64,000 nt of DNA from Eledone cirrhosa (taxonomy: Eukaryota): NCBI GenBank assembly GCA_964016885.1, contig OZ024743.1, positions 248,496,001 to 248,560,000 of the forward strand, in the 5' to 3' direction. Of the stretch, positions 1 through 17,080 are shown one piece after another. The notes beneath the pieces are model-generated. The model worked only from the letters and a program-made list of their open reading frames with translations. It did no database searches and was not told the origin of the DNA. Position 1 is the first letter of the stretch. Every line of letters begins with the position of its first letter. A program made the translations under genes and the position numbers.

Positions 1-680
1 ACTACATTCATGCTAGAAAATGCCGCGAAAAAATGCTACTCCAAAGAATCTATAATGGGTGTCTGTATGGTCTAATGTGTGAACCGAAGATTGGAACGTT
101 AAACTTGTGTTGTGAGTTATAGGATGAAATTAAATTAAATTAAAAATATTAAATTACAAAATGATAAATTGAAAAATAAGTTATTAGAGAATTAAAGGTT
201 AAGGTAGCGAGATTTATTTATTTAATGAACTTGCGGAGAGAGTCTTATAAGAAAAAATTTATCTTGTTAAGATATTAGGATGGGATATAGAGTAAAGATT
301 TCGATTGGGAGTCCCAGCCAGCACCCCTCACCCCCCCCCCCCCATGAGTCAGCCTGTCTCGAGTGGTATCGTCCAGCGAGAAATGGAAATTAATTTTTCC
401 GAGTACTCTAGGAACGTAGCTACCTTAGGCCCTGGGAGCGCTAGCGGGAACTCCACAATTTCGACAGGCCATCGTCTATACCAAACGAATACTATTAAAT
501 CACACATGAGGGGTTTATTTGTCTCTGTCTCTGATTTTTCGGATCCATGGTTTTTTACATATTCCTTTGTTATATTCCAATACCTGATGATATCACCAGA
601 TTCATATGGAACCCGGTCATTGAAATGATCATAGTAGAATAAACATTTCAAGGATTTACACCAGTCCAGCCTCCTGTTAT
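1..680. mobile_element. Probable Penelope-like element terminal (pseudo-LTR-like) remnant abutting a (TA)n tract
   Basis: Contains a hammerhead motif (581-636) followed directly by AATAAA (638-643) and then the TA tract. No recognisable intact ORF. Confidence 0.4.
581..636 (+). ncRNA. Minimal type I hammerhead ribozyme motif
   Basis: tac-CTGATGA(584-590)-imperfect stem II (t-atcaccagattc...gaacccggtcat-t)-GAAA(622-625)-palindromic ATGATCAT-AUA cleavage triplet-gta. Stem I is 3 bp (tac/gta). Confidence 0.6.
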
Positions 681-692
681 TTTATTTTATTC

Positions 693-712
693 ATATATAT
701 ATATATATATAA

Positions 713-787
<75 letters not shown>
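693..787. repeat. (TA)n microsatellite
   Basis: Direct reading. Confidence 0.98.
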
Positions 788-789
<2 letters not shown>

Positions 790-1585
790 TTTGATAGGTT
801 TCGCCCAGTATTGGCCCAGGCCATGTCTAACTTAATAGCACCACCTGGCGAAGTCTTACAAATCAGTGTTTGGACACCATGGCCCACTCGAGCAGAGAGT
901 TATTATTTACGGAGGCATATCCGGGTGTAGGAGGCTTATCCGGGATTTCTTGAAGGAATTTATCCAAAGACTTCTTGAACTTGATGGGGTCTGTCTCTGC
1001 TTTGATGTGTTTTGGTGTAATGTTAAAGAGTGCAGGGCCAAGTGAGGTGAAATAATTGTGCCGTATTGTTGTTATGTGATGCGAGTGGGATTTTTGTCGT
1101 GGGTGGATAGCATAGGGCCCAAGCCTTCGGTGTACACTAAAGGTGATGCCAACATCATTTGGGCTAAGCTGATGGAATATTTTCCACATCATACAGATAA
1201 TGTAGCGCTCACGGCGACGTTGAAGAGAATAAAGTTTGAGCTTTTCTAATCGACCCCAATAGTCAAGGCCTGTCATGCCAACTATCTTTTTTGTAATTGA
1301 CATTTGGGGTGCTTCAACTTTCATGATACTTTGTTTCGTGCGGGGTAACCACAGTGGACAACAGTATTCAAGGTGGGGTCGGGCAAAAGTGGAGAAGTGG
1401 ATAACTCTCGACTGGAAAGTTCTGAGAATCCAGGAACACATTCTGTGGGCCATATCAACTTTGCTGTTTATATGAGTGGCCCAGCTTATGTTGTTGTCCA
1501 CAATTACTCCCAGGTCTCTGATGTTATTGGAAGCCACCAGAGTTTCACCTGAAGGAAGAGAGTATGGTAGTTTCAGGGCATCCAT
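788..1585 (-). mobile_element. CR1-like LINE, 3' fragment (RT C-terminal region plus 3' UTR)
   Basis: ORF 863..1585 has RDLGV, RPHLEYCCPLW, SLQRRRERY and FKKSLDKFL motifs typical of the CR1-group ORF2 C-terminus. The 3' end runs into the TA tract. Confidence 0.85.
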
Positions 1586-4500
1586 ATCATCATCATCATC
1601 ATCATCATCATCATTTTACGTCCGCTTTTCCCTGCTTGCAAGGGTGGGACGGGTCTTATTCAGCACAGCATCTCTCCACTCGTCACGGTCCCTCGTCATC
1701 TCCACCGTGAGCTTCAATGATCTGAGGTCTGTTCTCACCACCTCCGCCCATGTTTTTCGTGGTCTACCTCTACCACGTCTTCCTTCAACTGGCATTTCCT
1801 GGCACTTCTTCACCCATCGGTCATCCTCCATGCGCATCACATGTCCATACCACCTCAGTCTCCTCTCCCGTACACTACATTCTATCCCTCTCAGACACAG
1901 TTTCTCTCTCAACACATTTATGCTGGGTCGTTCACGCACATTTACACTGCACATCCAACGGAGCATGCTTGCCTCATTTCTCTCCAGCCGTCGCATATCT
2001 TCTGCGGTAGCTGCCCATGTCTCACTACCATGCAGCATCGCGCTCCTCACATAGGCATCATACAACCGGCCTTTCGTACGCAGGGAGAAACCCTTCTTCG
2101 TCAACAGAGGAAGCAGCTCCCTAAACTTCTTCCAACCCGTCCTTATTCTAGATACTATGGCCTCGGAACACCCTCCTCCCATGCTAATCTGATCTCCTAG
2201 GTACCGGAAGCTATCCACCACTTCTATAGCGCCCTCTCGCATTTGAAAAATGTGTCTATCAGTGCGACTTCTACTGTCTAATTTCCCTGTACATCTACTG
2301 CATACATATTTCTCCCTACCTGTTAGTTTGCCTGCTATCCCGCTACATCTCTTGTGTACCCAGGACCTACATTGTGTGCATTTTATAGAATTTATGCCAG
2401 TTCCTTTTCTGCATATCGAACATGGCCATTTCCCTGACGGAATCAGGGTTTTGTCCTCTTTTCTACTCATCAACACTTTTGTCTTAGCTAGATTTACTCT
2501 CAGTCCTCTTGCTTCCAACTGCTGTTTCCATAGCCGGAATTTATTCTCTAGCTCCTCTACTGATTCTGCCATAAGAGCCAGATCATCAGCATAGAGAAGT
2601 TCCCATGGACAGCCAGTCTTAAACTCCTCTGTTATGGCTTGGAGGACTATAATGAACAAGAGCGGGCTGAGGACCGAACCCTGATGTACTCCTACTTGTA
2701 TCTGGAATTCCTCACTAAACTCCATTCCTACCCTGACTTTACTGAGAGTACCTCTGTACAAAGTTTGCACTGTCCTTACAAGCCATTCCTCAACACCCAG
2801 CTTCCTTAGGGACCACCAGATGACAGATCGGGGTACCCTATCAAAGGCCTTCTCTAGGTCAACAAAGGCTAAGTATAGTGGCTTATTCTTCTCTAAGAAC
2901 CTCTCTTGCATTTGTCTCACCAAGAAGAGGGCATCTGTTGTACTCTTCCCAGGCACAAAACCAAACTGCATCTCATCTAGTTTGACCCTTTCTCTAATTA
3001 GTTGTGCTAGAATCCTTTCTGCCACTTTCATAACCTGATCTATCAGTTTTATACCCCTATAATTGCTCCTCTCCAAAGCATCCCCTTTACCTTTGTAGCA
3101 ATTTATGAGAATACTGCTGCACCAGTCTTTGGGTATGACACCACCATATATAGCCTGATTGATTATGCGTGCAACCAGTTTAGTGCCTACGTCCCCTGAT
3201 GCCTTCAGCATCTCAGCAACTATTCCCGATGGTCCGGCCGCCTTACCATTTTTCATTTCCCTAATCGCCTCTTGGACCCTATATTCGTCAATCTCAATAG
3301 CTGGTCCCTCTGTCGGATCTACCAAGGGTAATTTCTCTCTCTCCCATTCGTTCTCCACATTCATCAGTCTCTCATAATGACATTTCCAGGCCTCCTTTTT
3401 CTGGTCATTCGTGACACTAAGTACACCGGCATCATCCCGGACACATTTATCACCAACAACATCCTGATTTGCATTGACACACTGCCTTGCAATGTGGAAC
3501 ACCGCACGCCTCTGATCTTCCCGTCGCAGAACATTGGCAAACCTCCTACTCTCTGCCTCCCTGCGTGCTAAGTACACCTGACGTCTAGCTTCTCTCTTAG
3601 TGGCTGTATATTCTTCCCTACTCCCACCCTTATTCCAAGCCTTCCATGCTAGTCTTTTGTCTCTAATAGCCTTATCTACACTGCTGTTCCACCACCAGGT
3701 CACTCTCTGTCTGGTTGGAGCTCTGCTCCAGCCACAGGTTTCATCAGTAGCCTTCAGCAAGTTGTCACGTAAGAACTTCCAGTTATTATCTATGTCATAC
3801 GTCTCTAAATCGTCTTCTTTTTCGTCATATACATCTTGAAGGGCTTTCCTAAATTTGAATTTTAGTGAAAGGTCGTTTAGCTTCCAGACCTTTCTTCTCC
3901 ACACCTTCCTATATGTCTCATTCCATCTCTTGCTTACTGAGATATCACTAACAACTAACCTATGCTGTGGGGTACATTCTTCCCCAGGGTATGCCTTGGT
4001 ATTAGACACTATCTGCCTGTCCCGCTGCCTAACTAGCAGGAAGTCAATCTGGCTTATGTGCTCACCAGATTTGTAGGTTATTAGGTGATTGGCAGGTTTC
4101 TGGAAGTTTGTGTTGCAAATAGTCAATGTACTTGCATCACAAAATTCAAGAAGTCTCACTCCTTCTTCATTTCTTGAACCGTAACCGTGCCCACCATGTA
4201 CCCCAGTGTAACCATCCTGGAGCTGTCCAACATGACCATTGAAGTCTCCTGCTAGCATAACGATGTCTCCGTCCTCTGTCATTGTGGTTGTTTGCAAAAG
4301 TTGCTCATAAAAGCAGTCTTTCTCATCTTTGCCTAGGCCTGCTTGGGGAGCATAGACCGAGATGATTGTCAGTAGTCTCCTACCTACAACTAATCTAAGC
4401 TTAATTATTCGATTACTAACTCGAACTACCTCTATTGTCTTATTGATCCATTTCTCAGCCAGGAAAATGCCTACTCCCCCTAACCCATCATCCTTACCTA

Positions 4501-4873
4501 CCCAGAATAGCTTATAGCTAAGACGCTTGCCTACGACTAGTCTCGCAGAGGCACCCCTCCATCTCACCTCTTGCACGCAGCACACATCCACCTGCCTTCT
4601 CTCCAGCATCTCCGCTATTTCAGCAGACCTACCTCTGAGAGTGCCAACATTAAGTGTTGCAACTCTGAGATGCGACGTCTTCATATTTTTCTATGCTGTT
4701 TTGTTGCTGTGCTGATAAGCTTTTTGGCATTGATACACTGGTTGGATGCCCTTCCTAACACCAGCGCCACTTTACAGCATGGACTGGGTGCTTTTATTTG
4801 TGCCACCAGCACTAGAGAGGATGTCTTACTAGACTCAAGGGCCCTCTCTACCCCTCCATTTTACAGCATGGTC

Positions 4874-4876
<3 letters not shown>
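1586..4876 (-). mobile_element. RTE-clade LINE (family A), apparently full length
   Basis: Single APE-RT ORF, ~190 bp upstream UTR, very short 3' UTR and (GAT)n tail at 1586-1613. Confidence 0.95.
1616..4684 (-). CDS. RTE LINE ORF: apurinic-like endonuclease + reverse transcriptase with inserted C4HC3 (PHD-like) zinc finger
   Basis: Uninterrupted 1022 aa. APE motifs LNVGTL, VQEVRW, YAPQ, GDFNGH, QIDF, QHRLVV. RT motifs [37 protein letters not shown]-terminus RLRWYGHV..GRPRKTW. Confidence 0.95.
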   Translation of the reverse strand: MKTSHLRVATLNVGTLRGRSAEIAEMLERRQVDVCCVQEVRWRGASARLVVGKRLSYKLFWVGKDDGLGGVGIFLAEKWINKTIEVVRVSNRIIKLRLVVGRRLLTIISVYAPQAGLGKDEKDCFYEQLLQTTTMTEDGDIVMLAGDFNGHVGQLQDGYTGVHGGHGYGSRNEEGVRLLEFCDASTLTICNTNFQKPANHLITYKSGEHISQIDFLLVRQRDRQIVSNTKAYPGEECTPQHRLVVSDISVSKRWNETYRKVWRRKVWKLNDLSLKFKFRKALQDVYDEKEDDLETYDIDNNWKFLRDNLLKATDETCGWSRAPTRQRVTWWWNSSVDKAIRDKRLAWKAWNKGGSREEYTATKREARRQVYLARREAESRRFANVLRREDQRRAVFHIARQCVNANQDVVGDKCVRDDAGVLSVTNDQKKEAWKCHYERLMNVENEWEREKLPLVDPTEGPAIEIDEYRVQEAIREMKNGKAAGPSGIVAEMLKASGDVGTKLVARIINQAIYGGVIPKDWCSSILINCYKGKGDALERSNYRGIKLIDQVMKVAERILAQLIRERVKLDEMQFGFVPGKSTTDALFLVRQMQERFLEKNKPLYLAFVDLEKAFDRVPRSVIWWSLRKLGVEEWLVRTVQTLYRGTLSKVRVGMEFSEEFQIQVGVHQGSVLSPLLFIIVLQAITEEFKTGCPWELLYADDLALMAESVEELENKFRLWKQQLEARGLRVNLAKTKVLMSRKEDKTLIPSGKWPCSICRKGTGINSIKCTQCRSWVHKRCSGIAGKLTGREKYVCSRCTGKLDSRSRTDRHIFQMREGAIEVVDSFRYLGDQISMGGGCSEAIVSRIRTGWKKFRELLPLLTKKGFSLRTKGRLYDAYVRSAMLHGSETWAATAEDMRRLERNEASMLRWMCSVNVRERPSINVLREKLCLRGIECSVRERRLRWYGHVMRMEDDRWVKKCQEMPVEGRRGRGRPRKTWAEVVRTDLRSLKLTVEMTRDRDEWRDAVLNKTRPTLASREKRT

Positions 4877-4907
<31 letters not shown>
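4877..4907 (+). repeat. Poly(A) run (31 nt)
   Basis: Direct reading; abuts the 5' end of the RTE. Confidence 0.9.
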
Positions 4908-4909
<2 letters not shown>

Positions 4910-5207
4910 AAACTTATTGACACGACTCACACACTAATACTCATGCATACAAACCACAACCACACATACCAACACTCATTCATGCATACAATCACGCACA
5001 CCACTCACAAACATATATATATATACATATATTACCGACAGTACTGATACAAAATCAAAATCAAAGTCAAAATCAAAATCAAAATCGTCAAAATCACTAT
5101 CTTGTCAACTGTTGACCTTTCCCAGTCCAGTTCGGCTTGTATATAATAACAATAACAATAATAATTGTTTGTTTACGCTGGTAATGGCGGTGGTGGATGG
5201 TGTCATG

Positions 5208-5239
<32 letters not shown>

Positions 5240-5243
5240 TATG

Positions 5244-6109
5244 GAAAAAATGAAACGAAATTTCATTTCCCACTCTTAGTACGGCTGTTACTTAAATATA
5301 AGTATGTACACGCACATACATATATGTATACAGACGTACAGTAGTATGTATATATATATACATACATGCACACATATATATATGTACGCATGGATTCACC
5401 GAACATTTATTATAATGCTCGGTGTGTTTGTAAACAAACATCCAGTATTAAGCCGTAGTGTCCAGCAACCATCGTTGCTCGTTTGTTCAACACTGACAAA
5501 GGAATGCTGTACTAGTTTCAAGATTATTAGCTATCGTCAGCAACGTATACCTTCCTGCCAGATTGTTGAACGTATATATTTACCTTATGCATATTAACGG
5601 CTGAGTAGCCCAATTTGCATATGAAGTGGGTTAATCGGCTGGGTGCACCGAAAACGATAAACAGAAAAAATGAAACGAAATTTCATTTCCCACTCTTAGT
5701 ACAGCTGTTACTTAAATATAAGTATGTACACGTACATACATATATGTATACAGACTTACAGTAGTATGTATATATATATATATACATACATGCACACATA
5801 CATATATGTACGTATGGATTCACGAACATTTATTATAATGCTCGGTGTGTTTGTAAACAAACATCCCATATTAAGCCGTAGTGATGATAGCTAATAAGCT
5901 TGAAACTAGTACAGCGTTCCTTTGTCAGTGTTGAACAAACGAGCAACGATGGTTGCTGGACACTACGGCTTAATACGGGATGTTTGTTTACAAACACACC
6001 GAGCATTATAATAAATGTTCGGTGAATCCATACGTACATATATGTATGTGTGCATGTATGTATATATATATACATACTACTGTACGTCTGTATACATATA
6101 TGTATGTAC

Positions 6110-6120
<11 letters not shown>
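5244..6120. mobile_element. Hammerhead-containing 420-bp repeat unit in tandem plus inverted arrangement (PLE pseudo-LTR or retrozyme-like)
   Basis: Copy 1 is 5244-5663, partial direct copy 5664-5883, inverted copy ~5882-6120. (TA)n flanks both sides. Confidence 0.7.
5506..5544 (-). ncRNA. Minimal type I hammerhead ribozyme motif
   Basis: Minus strand reads gttg-CTGACGA-tagctaataatctt-GAAA-C-ta-GTA-cagc. Palindromic ACTAGT stem III; stem I gttg/cagc. Confidence 0.7.
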
Positions 6121-6162
<42 letters not shown>

Positions 6163-6163
<1 letters not shown>

Positions 6164-7997
6164 CATCATCATCATCGTTTAACGTCCATCTTCCACGCTT
6201 GCATGGGTTTGGACGGGAGTTTTCCCACTTGAGGCAAGATTGGTTGTCCTGCTCGTATGGGACTGTCTGGCTGGATGCCCTTCCTAACACCAACAACGTT
6301 TACAGTGTGGACTGGGAGGTTTTTACCGTGTTACCTACACAGCCACATTACAGAATGGACTGTGTGTTCTTTTGTCGTGACACCTACACAACCTCATTTA
6401 TTTCGGACTGGATGTTGTGGTACCAACACAACTTCACATTGAAGGGGGCAGTGTGGATGGGGTGGGGGTAGTGGGACGGGGTGTATTTTTGTTAGAGGTG
6501 TCTACTGACTGTAGGTTTCGCTTTGTACTTAGGCAAGGTGGGTCTTCTGTATTACTGTGTAGCGCCAAAGATCTTGGTCCAGTGACATTGTCTTGGAGAG
6601 GTGTAAGTGTGTGAGGTTGGAATTTATCAAGTCGTCCCAGGTTTTTCTGGGTCTGCCTACTCCGTGGCTACCGTCTATTTTTATCGCCCTGCACTTTTTT
6701 ATACAGCTGTCGTCTTTCATGCGCATCACGTGACCGTACCAACGTAGTCTTCTCTCGAGTAAACAACATCTTATCCCTCTTATTCCTAATTTCTCCCTTA
6801 GTTCGTTTATGCTTTGCCGTTCACGTATATTACTATTACACATCCAGCGGAGCATGCAAGCTTCATTCCTCTCCAGTCTGCACACAATGCGCAGGTCTCA
6901 CTGCCATGTAACATTGCTGTTCATATGCAGGCATAATACAGCCTGCCTTTCATTTTTAGAGAGAACCCTTTAGTGTCCAATAGTGGTATAAGCTCTCTGA
7001 ACTTTTTCCATCTCGTTCTGACTCACTCTAGCTACTGTACTTTCAGAGCACCCTCCCCCACTGTTGATTTTGTCACCCAGGTAACGGAAGGTGTCCAACC
7101 ATCTGTGCAATGGAATGAGCTAGTATTCCTTGACAACTTGCTGCTACTTATTGCACCAGAGCACCGGCCACATATAAAATCTATATTCTTAGTTAGCTTA
7201 CCTGTGATCCCACTACATCTTTTATGCACCCATACTTTGCATTTGGGACATAAAATGGAGTTTCTGCCTACTCCTTTCATACACACTGAGCATGGCCATT
7301 TCCCAGATGGGACCGGTGCCCTATTTTCCTTCCTACAAACTAGAACTTTAGTCTTAGACAAGTTAACTTTAAGGCCTTTTGATTCTAGGCCATGCTTCCA
7401 TGTTTGGAATTTCTTCTCTAGTTCAGCCATTGATTCAGCTATGAGCGTTAGATCATCTGCATATAGGAGTTCCCATGGGCAGCCGGTCTTGAACTCCTCT
7501 GTTATAGCCTGAAGGGCAATAATAAATAGTAGGGGGCTAAGAACGGAGCCCTGATGAACACAAACCTTTACGCTAAACTCTTCACTATATTCGTTGTTAA
7601 TTCTAACCTTGCTGACTTTTTCTTTATACATGGCTTGTTTAGCTCTCACAAGCCATTCATCAACACCTAGTTTTCTAAGAGCCCACCAGATAACGGAGCG
7701 GGGGACTCTGTCAAAGGCTTTCTCCAAGTCGACAAAAGCTAAGTATAGGGGTTTACTTTTAGCTAGGTACTTCTGTAGTTGTCGTACAATGAAAAGAGCG
7801 TCTGTGGTACTTTTACCTGACACAAACCTGAACTGCATTTCATCTAGATCAATTCGTTCTCTGATTAGTTGCACTATTACTTTTTCTGTGACCTTCATGA
7901 CCTGGTCGATTAATTTAATGCCTCTATAGTTACTCCTATCTAGGGCGTCTCCTTTACCCTTATAACAGTTAACGATGATGCTGCTATGCCAGTCCTT
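6163..7997 (-). mobile_element. RTE LINE family B, 5'-truncated, decayed
   Basis: RT motifs FVDLEKAFD and LYADD, PHD-like CSVC..CPKC..HKRC..CGRC, C-terminal RLRWYGHV. Small deletions and frameshifts; (GAT)n tail at 6163. Confidence 0.92.
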
Positions 7998-14579
<6,582 letters not shown>

Positions 14580-15249
14580 AAGGGTGTTAAAATACCAAAA
14601 TATTTTTTTACCTTGTATCTCAATGTTATTTTTTATGGAAAGATTATCTAAGGGATGTTTTATCTAGTTGCTAGGTTCTGATTCCATTACCAAACTATTG
14701 AAAAACTGTTAGTTTTCTTATATAAGTCTGGTAATAATTAATAGATAAATAGTAATTTCTTCCAGAGACACAATGCTGCAGATTCATAAGAAAGATGAAA
14801 TGAGATTCAGTCAGTGAAGTTACTAGGATTTGTGTCACCCAGTGTGATAACTGATGATGTCACTTCAACGCCCCACTTGGCCATGGGTCTCCTTCCATAC
14901 CTGACCATAGAGAATCCTTAGTAATGTTTTGTGTGTCACCCTCTCTGATAGTGTCACCTGGTGCGAACCCCACCCATTGGATTCAATATGTTCATCATAC
15001 TGGTTGTCAGGAATTTAGTAATACAGTTAAAATCAAATGATTACAATCAGCAGTGAAAAGGAGGTCACAATCTTAAACAATCATGAGAAGTAGGCTAAGT
15101 TATAAGGGGCATTAATTTTTATGTATATCACCTATGCTACAATCTATGCTTTCAAGATATTCACATAAACAACAAGGTGGACACACACACAGAGCTCACA
15201 TTCATATACAAAAATAGCTAGTTAATAGATAACATGAAATAATGGTTTC

Positions 15250-15450
15250 TAATTTAGGCCCAAGGCCAGCATTTTTTGGTGGAGAGGAGTAAGGCGATTA
15301 AATAAACACCAGTACTTGATTGGTGTTTATTTTATCGGCTCCAGGAGAATGAAAGGCAAAGTTGACCTCAAAAGGATGTGTAAAAAGCTAGAACAAATAC
15401 TGCAAGTCATTTGTACTGCAATCTAACAATTCTGCCAATCCACTGCCCTA
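15250..15450 (-). mobile_element. Meta-domain-type tRNA SINE, decayed
   Basis: tttatc...atgaaaggcaaagttgacctc motif shared with many copies in the window. Confidence 0.6.
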
Positions 15451-16089
15451 ATAATGTGAAATAATCAAAGGTTCTCTGACATAACATGACATAGGAAAGT
15501 CTTACTGAGACAGTAACCCTTTGAGAATTGTAGGATCATAGTAGATGGAGAAAATATAAATAGTATAGTTGATCTATTATTTTCATGATGTTGCAATCAT
15601 TCTTGTATTTTTATTCATATAATTAAGTATGGGCAGCAAACTGGCAGAAATGCCAGAGCACCAGATAACATGCCATGTAACATTTGTTCCTGCTCTTGAT
15701 TAAATAAAAAACCGGTCCAGGGCAGTGGATATGTAGGATTCTTAGCATGCTGGATAAAAGGCGTTGCAGTATTTGTTCCTCTTCTTTATGTTCCGAGTGC
15801 CCAGGTAGGTATGGTGAATTTGTATATAACCTAAAAAATATGGTCTGGTAAAACAATACCAGCTTTGTGTATTCTCTCATGAAAATTCCATAACATAGGA
15901 ATAGTCAAAGAAGTCACCATAATCGTTTGTTTACTTAATGATGTAAAAAGAAATAAACTTACTTATTAAAAAGTATAACATTAACTTATTAAAAAAAAGT
16001 TATCTATGATTTTGATTTTAAAATGGTGATTTGGACTTCTCTCTTTCCTGCATTTAGTATTTTTCATATAAAAGTTCTGTGTTACAGAT

Positions 16090-17080
16090 GCTTCCCATAT
16101 TTTGATTTGACTGCTAAGAAATCTTTATTTTTTCTTGGACAAAGGAGCAGTGACCATGACTAGGCAGGTCCCCTCCATGACAGATAATTGAGATTGATGT
16201 CATTAACTTTCTGCTTAAACTATTGCAAGTCAATGCCTGCAGGAAAGATTAGAAGAGCAGAGAGGGAATTCCAAAGAGCTGGCATTCAGGTGAGGAAGGA
16301 ATGGATGTAGTACAGAGCCTGGTTGTCTGGCACAACATGTACCATAAAAAGAGGTGAGACAAGTGAGTTTGCAGTGCTTGAGGGGAACTATAGATAGCAG
16401 GATTGTGTCTGTGAGTGGCTTTATGCCAATTAGCAGAGTAGCTTCTTCAGGATATGATCTAGGATGTCAGTATAAGTAATAGTAGCACTGCTCCAGTACC
16501 TTATCGTGAATCTCACCTGAGACTTGTCAGTAACTTTAAGGTTTTGAAGGATTTTCTCACCCTGAGAATGATGGATTGGTAAAAGGTGTCTAGGTTGCAT
16601 ATGGCTGACAACAAAGAAAGGTTAAGGAAGAAGGCAGGATAGTATCATCATTGTAAGAATGGGTGTTGCTAGACATGGCAGGAATGTAGCTCATTAATGT
16701 ATAGAAGGAAGAAGAAAATGAAACCCAGAGAGAGAGATGGAGGGAGGGAGAGAGAGAGGGGGAGGAGGGAGATAGAGAGAGAGGGGGGAGGGAGATAGAG
16801 AGAGAGGGGGAGATAGAGAGAGAGAGGGGGAGGGAGATAGAGAGAGGGGGAGGGAGATAGAGAGAGGGGGAGATAGAGAGAGGGAGGGAGATAGAGAGAG
16901 GGAGGGAGGGAGAGAGAGAGAGAGGGCGAGAGGGAGGGAGGGAGAGAGAGAGGGAGAGAGGGAGGGAGGGAGAGAGGGAGAGTGACCTAGTAGCACAAGG
17001 CAATCTGATAGAAAGCTACCGACTCAAGATGTTAGTGATAGAGGGAGCCTCTAAACATGCAGTTTTGAGATTCACATGCC
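16090..17080 (-). mobile_element. Old LINE (CR1/L2/Crack-like) RT 3' relic interrupted by a GA-rich repeat
   Basis: Minus-strand HSYNDDTIL resembles the RT YADD motif. Its 3' part resembles 25510-25790. Confidence 0.5.
16727..16982. repeat. Degenerate GA/GGA purine-rich microsatellite
   Basis: Direct reading. Confidence 0.92.

Noticed and set aside
5244-6120. CRISPR-like or prokaryotic repeat system
   Set aside because: Eukaryotic context; no short repeat-spacer array or cas-like ORF anywhere in the window.
14851-14880. CTGATGA hammerhead-like core
   Set aside because: No stem II/GAAA/UH arrangement downstream.
15623-15880. Possible host exon (85-aa ORF; CAG|GTAGGT donor-like site near 15805)
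   Set aside because: No recognisable homology and no convincing acceptor or frame; cannot be supported without RNA data.
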